Positions 17,921 through 25,940 of a stretch of 64,000 nucleotides of DNA are shown one piece after another. A program made the translations under genes and the position numbers. Position 1 is the first letter of the stretch. Each line of letters opens with the position of its first letter. The notes below the pieces were generated by a model. The model worked only from the letters and a program-made list of their open reading frames with translations. It had not been told where the DNA came from and searched no databases. Source of the DNA: a virus (taxonomy: Duplodnaviria > Caudoviricetes); IMG/VR virus record IMGVR_UViG_3300006092_000329, positions 1,339 through 65,338 of that record. One strand, given 5' to 3'.

Positions 17921-18494
17921 GATCCAGAATCGCTTTCGTTTCCTCGGCGGTGAAAAGATTCGTGCCCACAGGCCAGTCTCGAAGACCTCCAGCGGTAAGA
18001 AGCTGGAACGAGATGGCACCGTCAGGGGAAAAGGTGCGCGGCAGCGGCATGCAGAGAAAGCGGCTCACCATCTGGTCCGTGACCTCGATCCTCGGGCGCA
18101 CCAGCCCCGGCCTTGGGGCGACCGCATTGGCTTCAGCCTCGGCGATCAGGTCACGCAGCGGGGCCGGGAGCGGCTTGACCTCGACATCGCTCCCCATGAC
18201 CTCATCCGTGCCGTCCCACACGAATTCATTCAGGGGGTAATGGGTCTTGCAACCACAGCAGAAGGTTCCCGAGTAGAACTTCGGGTTCCGGGCATAGGTC
18301 TCGGCAATGTCCTGAGCCATCGTCGTCAGAGTGCCGCAAGGCTTGTGGATGTAGGAGCGGCGCACCGGACGCACGAAGCCTTTGGCTCGCTCCTCCGGCG
18401 AGAGCACCACGTATGCCTTCTGCTGCCCCGTCGCCGGGTTGATGTCGAGATAATCATCGGGGAGCGGGCCTCCCCCAGAGCGTTCAATGGTCAC
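17904..18494 (-). CDS. Two-domain protein with N-terminal Zn-binding domain
   Basis: 196 aa from GTG 18494; H-x2-C...C-x2-C (HKPC, FCCGC) domain, Pro linker, second small domain. Confidence 0.6.
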   Translation of the reverse strand: MTIERSGGGPLPDDYLDINPATGQQKAYVVLSPEERAKGFVRPVRRSYIHKPCGTLTTMAQDIAETYARNPKFYSGTFCCGCKTHYPLNEFVWDGTDEVMGSDVEVKPLPAPLRDLIAEAEANAVAPRPGLVRPRIEVTDQMVSRFLCMPLPRTFSPDGAISFQLLTAGGLRDWPVGTNLFTAEETKAILDHVLNG

Positions 18495-18727
18495 TTCTTC
18501 CTCGCCTTGAAGATCGGGCAGAGCGTGCCCTCGCTGCCTTCCATGCGCCGCCTCGGAGAGACCGAGATGGCCTTGTAGGCGTAGTGCTCCGAGATGCAAT
18601 CCGGGACCACCGGATTCGGCGGCAGCGGAGCGAGGCAGGGATACGTGTAGTCCTTCCGGACCACGCGCTTCCCGGCGGCGTTCGGCAAGACCTCCAGATA
18701 CTCGCAGTTCTTGCAGCACGCCTTCAC
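18491..18727 (-). CDS. Small Cys-rich protein
   Basis: 78 aa, CCKNC plus further Cys; coupled to terS. Confidence 0.55.
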   Translation of the reverse strand: MKACCKNCEYLEVLPNAAGKRVVRKDYTYPCLAPLPPNPVVPDCISEHYAYKAISVSPRRRMEGSEGTLCPIFKARKK

Positions 18728-19371
18728 TTCGCCTTCTCCTCTGCCTCTTGCTTCGCAATGGCCTGATTGATGATGTCGAGGACATCCTTCACCTTGTCCT
18801 CCGGCACGACATCGAGCGGATCGTCGATGATCCGTTTCGTCTCGATAAACATGCCGTGCTCACGCCCGAGTAACTCGACCATCTTAGAGGCAGTCGGCCC
18901 GTCCCTCTCGTAGACCTCGACATCCTTCAGGATGATCACGGTGTCGTCAACGAGGATGGGCTGGAGACCTCCGATCTTGGTGCGCTTGCATTCGGTGTAG
19001 GGGCCGAACTCCCCTTCCACGACCTTGTTCACCTTGACCAAAATGGTGCGACCGCGCTTGGCTTTCACCGTGCGCCGCGTAAGCGCCATTTCGAGGTTCT
19101 CGACGGCAGCACGGAGCACGTCCTGCTTGGTGAACTTCAGTTCAGCCAGAGCGGCCTTGCTGGCTTGGACATCGTTGTCAGCCTTGCGCCGGAGAATCTC
19201 CGTCACCCGCTCCATGACCTCGGGATGGTTCCGGATCAGAGCGGTAGAGGCGTCGCGGCAGGTGGATCGCTTGGCCTTCTGGTACGCCTTGGCGTAGGCA
19301 TCGGTCTGGGTCGCCCCCTTGGCGATCTCCTGCGCCACGATCTCCCAACGAGGGTTCTTGAGCACGCCCAT
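18724..19371 (-). CDS. terS: Terminase small subunit
   Basis: LKNPRWEIVAQEIAKGATQTDAY HTH start; ELLGREHGMF C-terminal motif; upstream of terL. Confidence 0.8.
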   Translation of the reverse strand: MGVLKNPRWEIVAQEIAKGATQTDAYAKAYQKAKRSTCRDASTALIRNHPEVMERVTEILRRKADNDVQASKAALAELKFTKQDVLRAAVENLEMALTRRTVKAKRGRTILVKVNKVVEGEFGPYTECKRTKIGGLQPILVDDTVIILKDVEVYERDGPTASKMVELLGREHGMFIETKRIIDDPLDVVPEDKVKDVLDIINQAIAKQEAEEKAK

Positions 19372-19372
19372 T

Positions 19373-19540
19373 TCAGCCTCCCTTGAAAGAGCGGCGACGC
19401 TGCATCGCCACCAGAGCAGGATGCTCCGCCTCGAACTTCATGCGGTTGTACATGCCCATCATGAGACGCTGATCGATCTGGTTCTGACCATACGCCAGCC
19501 AAAGGCAGTGCGGGATGGTCTTGATGAGGAAGCCCTTCAT
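19373..19540 (-). CDS. Hypothetical protein (not in ORF track)
   Basis: 55 aa MKGFLIKTIPHCLW...; ATGA overlap; ends 1 nt before terS start. Confidence 0.5.
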   Translation of the reverse strand: MKGFLIKTIPHCLWLAYGQNQIDQRLMMGMYNRMKFEAEHPALVAMQRRRSFKGG

Positions 19541-19950
19541 CGATTCAACAGCAGGCGGAGAGCCTGAGCCTCGGTGATCATGTTGCCGTAGACGGCGGAT
19601 GCCAGTCGATTCGCCATGAATCGAGCGGCGACGATGCGCTGATTGCGGTCCTTCACCACGTTCTTGAACGTCCCGAGTTCAGCACGGTGCGCGGGCAACT
19701 CCTCAGCCAGACGGAACTCCCGGTCATAGAGGTAGCGGTCCCACCACTTCCGGATCGAGGCATCGCTGCGGTCGCCTTGGCGCTCCCTGTGGACGCACTC
19801 GTGAGCCATCAGCCACGCAGGCACCGGGACATCCTCCGGGTTGTAGAGGATGTCACCCCATGCGTACACCACCGGCTTCCCCTTGACCTTGAAGATCGCA
19901 TCGATCTCGTCGATGATCGGAGGGACTCCACGGATGATCTGCATGCTCAT
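19537..19950 (-). CDS. Putative zincin-like metalloprotein (HExxH)
   Basis: 137 aa; LMAHECVH followed by RLAEEL third-ligand candidate. Confidence 0.55.
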   Translation of the reverse strand: MSMQIIRGVPPIIDEIDAIFKVKGKPVVYAWGDILYNPEDVPVPAWLMAHECVHRERQGDRSDASIRKWWDRYLYDREFRLAEELPAHRAELGTFKNVVKDRNQRIVAARFMANRLASAVYGNMITEAQALRLLLNR

Positions 19951-20014
19951 GCTGTGGCTCCAGAAACGCGAAAGCCCGCGAAGGCGGGCTGGTGGATGTG
20001 GGACTGCTCGCGGT

Positions 20015-20362
20015 CTACGACCCCGCGCTGTCCGGTGATCTTGGGCATGTTCGATCCTCCATCGAATCGTTCGGTCTCTGGATGCCAGTCCAGATGTAGC
20101 GACCAAACTTGGTGTAGCAGAGGAACCGATAATAGTGCCTCACCATGAAGATGGCAACCCCCACGAGGAGCCACGTTACCTCTGGCGGCATGCCGTACCT
20201 ATCCCCGGCAATCTCGGAGAACACCACGGAGATCGACATCAAGGCGACGATGCCGAGCGCCGCTCGCCCGACCACTCCGTCCTCGTAGTGGTGCTCGAAC
20301 ACGAGAATGAAGGCGATGATTCCGATCACGGCCACCGACAGGACGAACAAGGCGTCGTTCAT
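20015..20362 (-). CDS. Membrane protein (possible holin regulator)
   Basis: 115 aa with three hydrophobic segments, coupled to holin by ATGA overlap. Confidence 0.55.
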   Translation of the reverse strand: MNDALFVLSVAVIGIIAFILVFEHHYEDGVVGRAALGIVALMSISVVFSEIAGDRYGMPPEVTWLLVGVAIFMVRHYYRFLCYTKFGRYIWTGIQRPNDSMEDRTCPRSPDSAGS

Positions 20363-20676
20363 TTTGAGCCTCCGCGAGAGAGCCATCCCTCGATGATCTT
20401 CTTCCACTCCACGGAGCGGATGGCATCCAGCATGAACATGCCCCAGAACCCCAGAGCGAAGCCCAGAGCGCCGATCATCGAGGGGTCTTCCGGGAGCTTG
20501 AACCAGTGAACGATGGCCGGGGCACCCCATAGAGCGACGCAGAAGCCTACAAGGAAATAGGCGACCGTCTCGATCTTGTTGAGCTTTGCGCGGAAGGCCG
20601 CGAGCGCAGAGCCGAGAAACCCGGTGAGCACCGAGACCTTGGAAAGCCCGAAGGCTGCGAGCAAGTCTTCCATCAT
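20359..20676 (-). CDS. Holin
   Basis: 105 aa, three transmembrane segments, basic C-terminus, inside lysis cassette. Confidence 0.75.
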   Translation of the reverse strand: MMEDLLAAFGLSKVSVLTGFLGSALAAFRAKLNKIETVAYFLVGFCVALWGAPAIVHWFKLPEDPSMIGALGFALGFWGMFMLDAIRSVEWKKIIEGWLSRGGSK

Positions 20677-21257
20677 TCCCCCCTTATGAATCCGCGTTTC
20701 TTGGCCCAGAGTTGCCACCCTGCGAGCCTTGCCCGGTCGGCAGCACAGGCTTCCGCGTTGGCCCTGACGTTCCCGAGGATGTCCTTGGGTAGAGCAAAAC
20801 CGGCGCTGAAGGCGGGGTCATCAGTTCGGGATCGACAAGCGGCAGAGGCATTGCCTTCACAGAGGGCGTCGTTCCACAACCCGACAAACTCAAGAGTAAG
20901 AGCAACGCGATCACCGTCAGGAGATGCGGCAGCAGTGCCGCCGCCCTGCGGCTGATCAGTGCAAACGGCGAGGCTTTGAGGCTTTGCATCACGCACCTTC
21001 CTTTCCCATACGAGTCCATCCCTGCGCCTAGCTTCTTGCTCATCGACAAGAAGCTCGTGTACGGCCATGAGTCCCTCTTGATCGTCGGCCCGTTGCTTCA
21101 CCAGACTGTCGATCACGGCGCTCCGCTCCTTGGCATCGAGTCGCGCCTGCTTGCCGAGTTCCCATTCGACGCCAACATAGAGGCCAGAGCCGAAAACCGC
21201 AATGACGCTGATCAACAGGATCAGCAACTTAAACGTGAGCGACGGCATCGGCAGCAT
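20673..21257 (-). CDS. Rz: i-spanin (Rz-like)
   Basis: N-terminal TM, coiled-coil, Cys in C-terminal part; hosts an embedded lipoprotein ORF. Confidence 0.75.
   Translation of the reverse strand: MLPMPSLTFKLLILLISVIAVFGSGLYVGVEWELGKQARLDAKERSAVIDSLVKQRADDQEGLMAVHELLVDEQEARRRDGLVWERKVRDAKPQSLAVCTDQPQGGGTAAASPDGDRVALTLEFVGLWNDALCEGNASAACRSRTDDPAFSAGFALPKDILGNVRANAEACAADRARLAGWQLWAKKRGFIRGE
20684..20989 (-). CDS. Rz1: o-spanin lipoprotein (Rz1-like), embedded in Rz
   Basis: Signal peptide with LSGC lipobox and Pro-rich mature part, in another frame inside Rz. Confidence 0.75.
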   Translation of the reverse strand: MQSLKASPFALISRRAAALLPHLLTVIALLLLLSLSGCGTTPSVKAMPLPLVDPELMTPPSAPVLLYPRTSSGTSGPTRKPVLPTGQGSQGGNSGPRNADS

Positions 21258-21264
21258 GATGCTT

Positions 21265-21561
21265 CTACCTGTGGCAAGCCTTGCAGACCCACTCCACCAG
21301 CAAAGGCTTCGTGTAGTCGGGATGATGCTTCTCGACATCGGTAGAGCCGCAGGCGCACGGCTGAGGGATCAACTTGCCTCGGCGCTGGTACACCTTGGCA
21401 TAAGCCCTTGCGCTCGCCTTCAGGCGTGCCAAAGGCCGAAGTTCGGAGTGCTTCGGCCTGTGTGCTCGCATGTAGGCAGCGTGGCAGGCGCAGCAGTAGG
21501 CGGCGAAGCGTTTCCCCGCTTTCCTGCTGTGCCAATTACCGCATTTGCCACACTTTTTCAT
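21265..21561 (-). CDS. Small HNH-like/Zn-finger protein
   Basis: CxxC...CxxC N-terminus and C-x-C...HHPDYTKPLLVEWVCKACH motif. Confidence 0.65.
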   Translation of the reverse strand: MKKCGKCGNWHSRKAGKRFAAYCCACHAAYMRAHRPKHSELRPLARLKASARAYAKVYQRRGKLIPQPCACGSTDVEKHHPDYTKPLLVEWVCKACHR

Positions 21562-21603
21562 TGATGGATCAATGGGTTGTGAAAAGCCTTCACGTGAAAC
21601 CTT

Positions 21604-22038
21604 TCACCCGTGGATATTCCGGTCGATGGTGATCCAGACCTCATCGCCCGCACTGATCGCCGCCTCGATCTTCTCGAACAGCGCCTCGAATGCGTCCCTG
21701 CTGTGATTCACGCAGTCTTCCCCGGCTGAAAGACCGGGGAGCAGGCATCCGTCCGTGTCGGCAGCGGTGTTCCCCGGATGGATACGGATACCTTCGTACC
21801 CTTCCACACCTTCGAGGAGCGGCAGGATGCGGCCAAAGCGGGCCGATTGGGTCAGGACCACCCGATAGCGCCCCGAGGGGATTGCCGTCTCGCCATGGAC
21901 CTTCCATGACGCGACCGGCTCCCCCGGAACCTCTCGAACGGCGTCCTCCAGCACGTAGCACTGAGGCGTGCCATCGACCTCCAGCTTCGAGATCGTGGAG
22001 GCGGCTGTACGCCTCCATGCCTTCAGGAGCAGTTCCAC
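21604..22038 (-). CDS. DUF5675-like putative endolysin (L,D-transpeptidase-like His/Cys motif)
   Basis: TAIPSGRY, GIRIHPGNTAADTDGCLLPG; sits with holin and spanins. Confidence 0.75.
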   Translation of the reverse strand: MELLLKAWRRTAASTISKLEVDGTPQCYVLEDAVREVPGEPVASWKVHGETAIPSGRYRVVLTQSARFGRILPLLEGVEGYEGIRIHPGNTAADTDGCLLPGLSAGEDCVNHSRDAFEALFEKIEAAISAGDEVWITIDRNIHG

Positions 22039-22040
22039 GG

Positions 22041-22544
22041 CTAGGCGGGAGCCTGATCGCCAGCCGGGGCGTCAGCGGGCGCTTGCGCCGACTGCGCGTC
22101 AGCCGAAGGCTCGCCTGCGGTCGGAGCCGGGGCGGGAGCGTCGGCGGGGCCGGGGCCGGGGCCGTTCGTGCCCTCGGGCACGCTGTCGGTCTTGGGCGCA
22201 GGCTCGGCGGGCGTCTGGAGGAGCTTCAGGGACTCCTCCAGTGCGGCCACGCGGGCGGTGAGAGCGCCGGTCACGTCCTCCGTCTTCGCGGCCTGCCCCT
22301 GCTGGTAGGGCATCCACTGCGCGTAGCCGACCTCGGGCGGCGTCTGCGCCTCGGGATCGCCGTGATAGAGCATCACGTTCTGGACCCCGTAGGGGAACCC
22401 GTTGGCATCGAATGCCGTCAGGTTGATGGTGTTCTCGTCCAGCACGGCGGCGATCACGGCGGCACAGGGCTGACCGGGCATGCGTGCCGTGTTGGTCTGG
22501 GGGATGTAGTGGACCATGCGGCCCACAGTCGGGATGATCTTCAT
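22041..22544 (-). CDS. Hypothetical protein, first gene of late operon
   Basis: 167 aa; PTVGRMVHY...AAVIAAV beta domain, short coiled coil, Pro/Ala tail; GAAGGA RBS. Confidence 0.7.
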   Translation of the reverse strand: MKIIPTVGRMVHYIPQTNTARMPGQPCAAVIAAVLDENTINLTAFDANGFPYGVQNVMLYHGDPEAQTPPEVGYAQWMPYQQGQAAKTEDVTGALTARVAALEESLKLLQTPAEPAPKTDSVPEGTNGPGPGPADAPAPAPTAGEPSADAQSAQAPADAPAGDQAPA

Positions 22545-22764
22545 GGCGATTCCTTCACAGATTGGCTCGCCGCCACTCAGGACCGGCGCTCTGGCAAGCG
22601 CGTGCCGCACATGGCTGAAGGAGGGCCATGGAAGGGTTGCGGCGCGGTCCCGAGGGCAGCGAGAGAGTAATGCCCCGGACCCTCTCCGGAGCAGAGACGC
22701 ACGAGCGTGCGATTCTTGATGCCGACCTGATCATGATTCGGCAGGATGAAGTGTGGACACGGGG

Positions 22765-22793
22765 ATTCTACGCAGCACGCGCCGCGCACGCAA
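22765..22793 (-). promoter_or_regulatory. Putative main late promoter
   Basis: TTGCGT-N17-TAGAAT on minus strand, ~220 nt before first late gene. Confidence 0.55.
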
Positions 22794-22912
22794 CCGCGCC
22801 GTGCTCACGCGCTCGCGCCGCGCCCGCCGCAGCCGCGTGATCTCGTGTGCGCCCTTCGTAGCGCGCGTTGAAAATTTTTTTACTCCGTAGGAGTAACTCG
22901 AAAGGGGGGGGG

Positions 22913-22941
22913 TTGACAAAGTATTCACCGATGGATAAAGT
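22913..22941 (+). promoter_or_regulatory. Strong sigma70-type early promoter
   Basis: TTGACA-N17-TAAAGT with upstream A/T tract. Confidence 0.75.
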
Positions 22942-23138
22942 GGAGGCCAATTTGCAGCACCGAACCACCGGAATCCGGCCAATGCCAAACCCGGTGGACA
23001 CTGCAAAGCGGCGCGACGAGACAGCGCCCTACAAGAGAGTCTGGCGGTCGGACGTTAGTCGATCCCCATGAAGCTGGAGGCATCCAGTGTCGGGAGAGAG
23101 CCGCAAGCTGCGCTGGCAAAAGAGCCAGTCCGCTACCG

Positions 23139-23157
23139 AAAGCCCCTTGGGGCTACG
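23139..23157 (+). repeat. AGCCCC-N2-GGGGCT hairpin motif, copy 1
   Basis: AAAGCCCCTTGGGGCTACG. Confidence 0.8.
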
Positions 23158-23505
23158 GCAAGCGATCACTGTGAAGGTGCGAAGGCAAGGGTGGAGCGTG
23201 AGGCTCCAACGAACCTCGGGGCAAGACCTGCTCGAAACTGCGACTGGCAATCGTGGCGGAGAGCGCAAGGGCGACGGCAGATGCCGCATCCGAGTAAAAG
23301 CCAGTCCGGAGCACCACAATCGATCCGCCTCAAGGTACAGCAGGGACACGGTGCCCTGTCGAACCCATGTACGAATTGGCGGATGTCTTGAGGGCGCTGC
23401 CTCGGCCCGACTGAGCGAACACACGAGTCGCTCTAGGGTGCCGCACACTGAGGCGGCGCAGCGTCCTCAAGCGGTGCAGCAGGCGACCGTGACTGCCTGC
23501 AACTG

Positions 23506-23530
23506 AAAGCCCCGAGGGGCTACGAAAGGA
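23506..23530 (+). repeat. Hairpin motif copy 2 abutting RBS
   Basis: AAAGCCCCGAGGGGCTACGAAAGGA. Confidence 0.8.
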
Positions 23531-23536
23531 AACACC

Positions 23537-23854
23537 ATGTCCAAGAAGACCGCCAAGACCATCCTGTCCGCTGCCGTGGACGCCGCCATCGCCAAGGGTG
23601 CCGAGACCATCGTCGAAATCGACGCCACGATGGCCCGCTTCATCAAGGAAGTGCGCGAACTCGCCGCCAACCCCGGCGTGTTCTGGGGCTGCGAACTCGT
23701 TGCCGAGATGGACGACAACGATCTGGCGAAGATGATCACCGGGGCGCTCACGACGAAGACGGCGATCAAGAAGGTGAAGCGTGCCCTGTATCGCCAGATC
23801 GACCCGTATGGCCGGGTCGCTGAGATCAAGGCCCGCAACGCCGCTGCCGCCTAA
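23537..23854 (+). CDS. Early hypothetical protein
   Basis: 105 aa, AAAGGA RBS, phage-like codon usage. Confidence 0.75.
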   Translation: MSKKTAKTILSAAVDAAIAKGAETIVEIDATMARFIKEVRELAANPGVFWGCELVAEMDDNDLAKMITGALTTKTAIKKVKRALYRQIDPYGRVAEIKARNAAAA

Positions 23855-23938
23855 TCGGCAGATCGCTCAGGACGAACCCCACGGATTGCGCCCTGCGGGG
23901 CGCTCTCCGGGCGGCTTGCCCGGTTCAAGGAGCGTACC

Positions 23939-24235
23939 ATGCCTGACTCGTACCAAGAAGCACAAACCGCAGTGGGGGCCATCTCGGACTTTGCGAATCG
24001 CTGGTCCGGCGCGACTGCCCGCCATTGCTTCGCCACCCGGATGTGCCACGGCACGCACCGGACTCTCCAGCAAGGGTCATTTGCCCTGATGCTGGCCTGC
24101 ATCGATCAGTGGGCGAAAGACGCCGACGCTGGCAACTTCGACCTCCGCAATGAGGAGACGGTCAAGATGGCGAAGCAGATCGTCGAGAGCTTCGGCGAGG
24201 AGTGGAAGTACAAGGTCAACCTGCCGGTCATCTGA
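23939..24235 (+). CDS. Early hypothetical protein
   Basis: 98 aa, AAGGAG RBS. Confidence 0.75.
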   Translation: MPDSYQEAQTAVGAISDFANRWSGATARHCFATRMCHGTHRTLQQGSFALMLACIDQWAKDADAGNFDLRNEETVKMAKQIVESFGEEWKYKVNLPVI

Positions 24236-24245
24236 GGAGGGACTC

Positions 24246-24464
24246 ATGGCTACGTGGCACCAGCAGCAAGCGCAGCGGCGCAACCCTACGCCGCTCTGGG
24301 ACAAGGTTCGCTGGAACCTCGTCACCGATCCTCCGAACGAGATGACGACGATCATGTCGTTCGAGACCAAGGAAGCCGCAGAAGACACGCTCGCCAAGTG
24401 GAAGGCGAACGGTCGCGGCGATCACAGCTACATCCTGCCGCCGTCCGGGAAGTGGCAAGCCTGA
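24246..24464 (+). CDS. Early hypothetical protein
   Basis: 72 aa from ATG 24246, GAGGAG RBS. Confidence 0.65.
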   Translation: MATWHQQQAQRRNPTPLWDKVRWNLVTDPPNEMTTIMSFETKEAAEDTLAKWKANGRGDHSYILPPSGKWQA

Positions 24465-24532
24465 GCGCCGCCCGATGCCCTGCTTGCAGGGTATCGAGAG
24501 TCGCTCCGACTCGAACCTTGAAGGAGGTCAAA

Positions 24533-25225
24533 ATGATCATCGAACGAGAGTTCGTGTACACCGAAAGCGATGAGGACTACGGCGGTGCCGGTTGGGTTCC
24601 TCGCGGGATGGAAAAGGCGAATGCCTTCGAGGCCACCATGGTCGGCCACGATGTCATGGAGCACATCGGCGGCGAATCTGATCGCTACGTCGATGAGTTG
24701 CTCGCTCTCGGCGCTTCCGTCTACGTCCGCACCGAGAACGGCTGGTACTCGATGGGCCGCATGGCCCAGAACATCAACGATACGTGGCAGCATCTCGGCT
24801 CCTCGCTCCTCATGGACGTGTTCCGTGACGCTTGGTACGAGGGCAGGGACATCCGCCACCCCGGACGAACCCGTCCGCTGGACGCCATGCAAGAGTCGGA
24901 GTTCGAGAGGGCAATCGACTATTGCATCAACCTTGCGAAGTCCGAACTCGACTCCGAGGAGCACGAGGAGGGAATGCGCAAGCTCCGCTCCTGCCGCTAC
25001 ACCATGCTCGGCTGGCTCCGCAAGGGCTACCGTAGGGCGGTGAGGCTGTACGGCAGGCACCGTCAGCACAAGGCGCTGGATGCCTTCATCGAAATGGGCG
25101 AGAAGCTCCAGAGGGAGACTCGGGACGAATTCGACCGCTACGAAGGCTATCGCGTCAAGGTGCGCCTCGACACGAAGACCATGAAGACCACCATCATCAC
25201 CGAGGAGGATGAGCATGAAGACTGA
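24533..25225 (+). CDS. Acidic early protein with HDxxEH putative metal site
   Basis: 230 aa from ATG 24533 (AAGGAGG RBS); GHDVMEH...DELLALG. Confidence 0.7.
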   Translation: MIIEREFVYTESDEDYGGAGWVPRGMEKANAFEATMVGHDVMEHIGGESDRYVDELLALGASVYVRTENGWYSMGRMAQNINDTWQHLGSSLLMDVFRDAWYEGRDIRHPGRTRPLDAMQESEFERAIDYCINLAKSELDSEEHEEGMRKLRSCRYTMLGWLRKGYRRAVRLYGRHRQHKALDAFIEMGEKLQRETRDEFDRYEGYRVKVRLDTKTMKTTIITEEDEHED

Positions 25226-25580
25226 CGAACTGAGCGCCTTCACCAAGGGCTACATCGAGTGCCTGCTCTGGTCCGAATGCACCGTCGATAACGGGCTGGA
25301 GGATATGGACATCTCCGACCTGTCCGACGAGACGCTCAAGGCAATCGAGGAGGACTGCAAGTCCTTCGAGGGCGACAACGCCGAAATCTGGCGGGCCGAA
25401 GGCCGCTGGACCGACGAGCAGGCGGGGCACGACTTCCTGCTCACCCGTAACCGTCACGGCGCTGGCTTCTGGGACCGTGGTCACGGCCCCGTGGGCAGGG
25501 CGCTCACCGAGTCGGCGCACCCCTATGGGACGTTCGGCCTGTACCTCGGCGACGACGGCAAACTCTACCACCACAACTAG
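25209..25580 (+). CDS. Conserved-looking early hypothetical protein
   Basis: 123 aa acidic; QAGHDFLLTRNRHGAGFWDRG. Confidence 0.7.
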   Translation: MSMKTDELSAFTKGYIECLLWSECTVDNGLEDMDISDLSDETLKAIEEDCKSFEGDNAEIWRAEGRWTDEQAGHDFLLTRNRHGAGFWDRGHGPVGRALTESAHPYGTFGLYLGDDGKLYHHN

Positions 25581-25589
25581 GAGTCACTC

Positions 25590-25880
25590 ATGGCACGCAA
25601 AGCGAAAGCGAAGCCCGTCACCAAGGAACACAAGGACCGCATCTGGATCGAACTCGAAAGGCCGAAGGGTCTTCCCGAGAAGGATCGGATCGAGTTCTGC
25701 GAGCGGCAGGCGGAACTCGCAACCAAGCTGCTCCACCGTCTCGGCGTCAACAAGGATCAGCGGTTCTACTGGAGCGAGCGCGACCTGTACTACTGCCTCG
25801 GCGGGCCGATGGGCTACCTCGTCCTGACCGACAACGGGCACTGGTTCAACCTGAAGTACCTCGCCACCGGCGAAGCCTGA
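25590..25880 (+). CDS. Early hypothetical protein
   Basis: 96 aa, TAGGAG RBS. Confidence 0.7.
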   Translation: MARKAKAKPVTKEHKDRIWIELERPKGLPEKDRIEFCERQAELATKLLHRLGVNKDQRFYWSERDLYYCLGGPMGYLVLTDNGHWFNLKYLATGEA

Positions 25881-25910
25881 AGACCGCGCCGGACGGATTC
25901 CGGCACATCG

Positions 25911-25933
25911 AAAGCCCCTCGGGGCTACGAAGG
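25911..25933 (+). repeat. Hairpin motif copy 3 abutting RBS
   Basis: AAAGCCCCTCGGGGCTACGAAGG. Confidence 0.8.
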
Positions 25934-25940
25934 AGCAAGC

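Larger units (their letters stand above)
22948..23530 (+). ncRNA. Large structured non-coding RNA / 5' leader
   Basis: No credible ORF; many nested stems (22951-57/23001-07, 22965-71/22991-97, 23242-48/23300-06, 23387-400/23458-71). Confidence 0.55.

Noticed and set aside
20671-20676. Lambda S-type dual-start holin/antiholin
   Set aside because: Met-Met with no intervening basic residue, so no charge difference to support the mechanism
23068-23506. Protein-coding ORFs in the early leader (107 and 139 aa)
   Set aside because: No SD, atypical codon usage, mutually overlapping; dense base-pairing explains the region better
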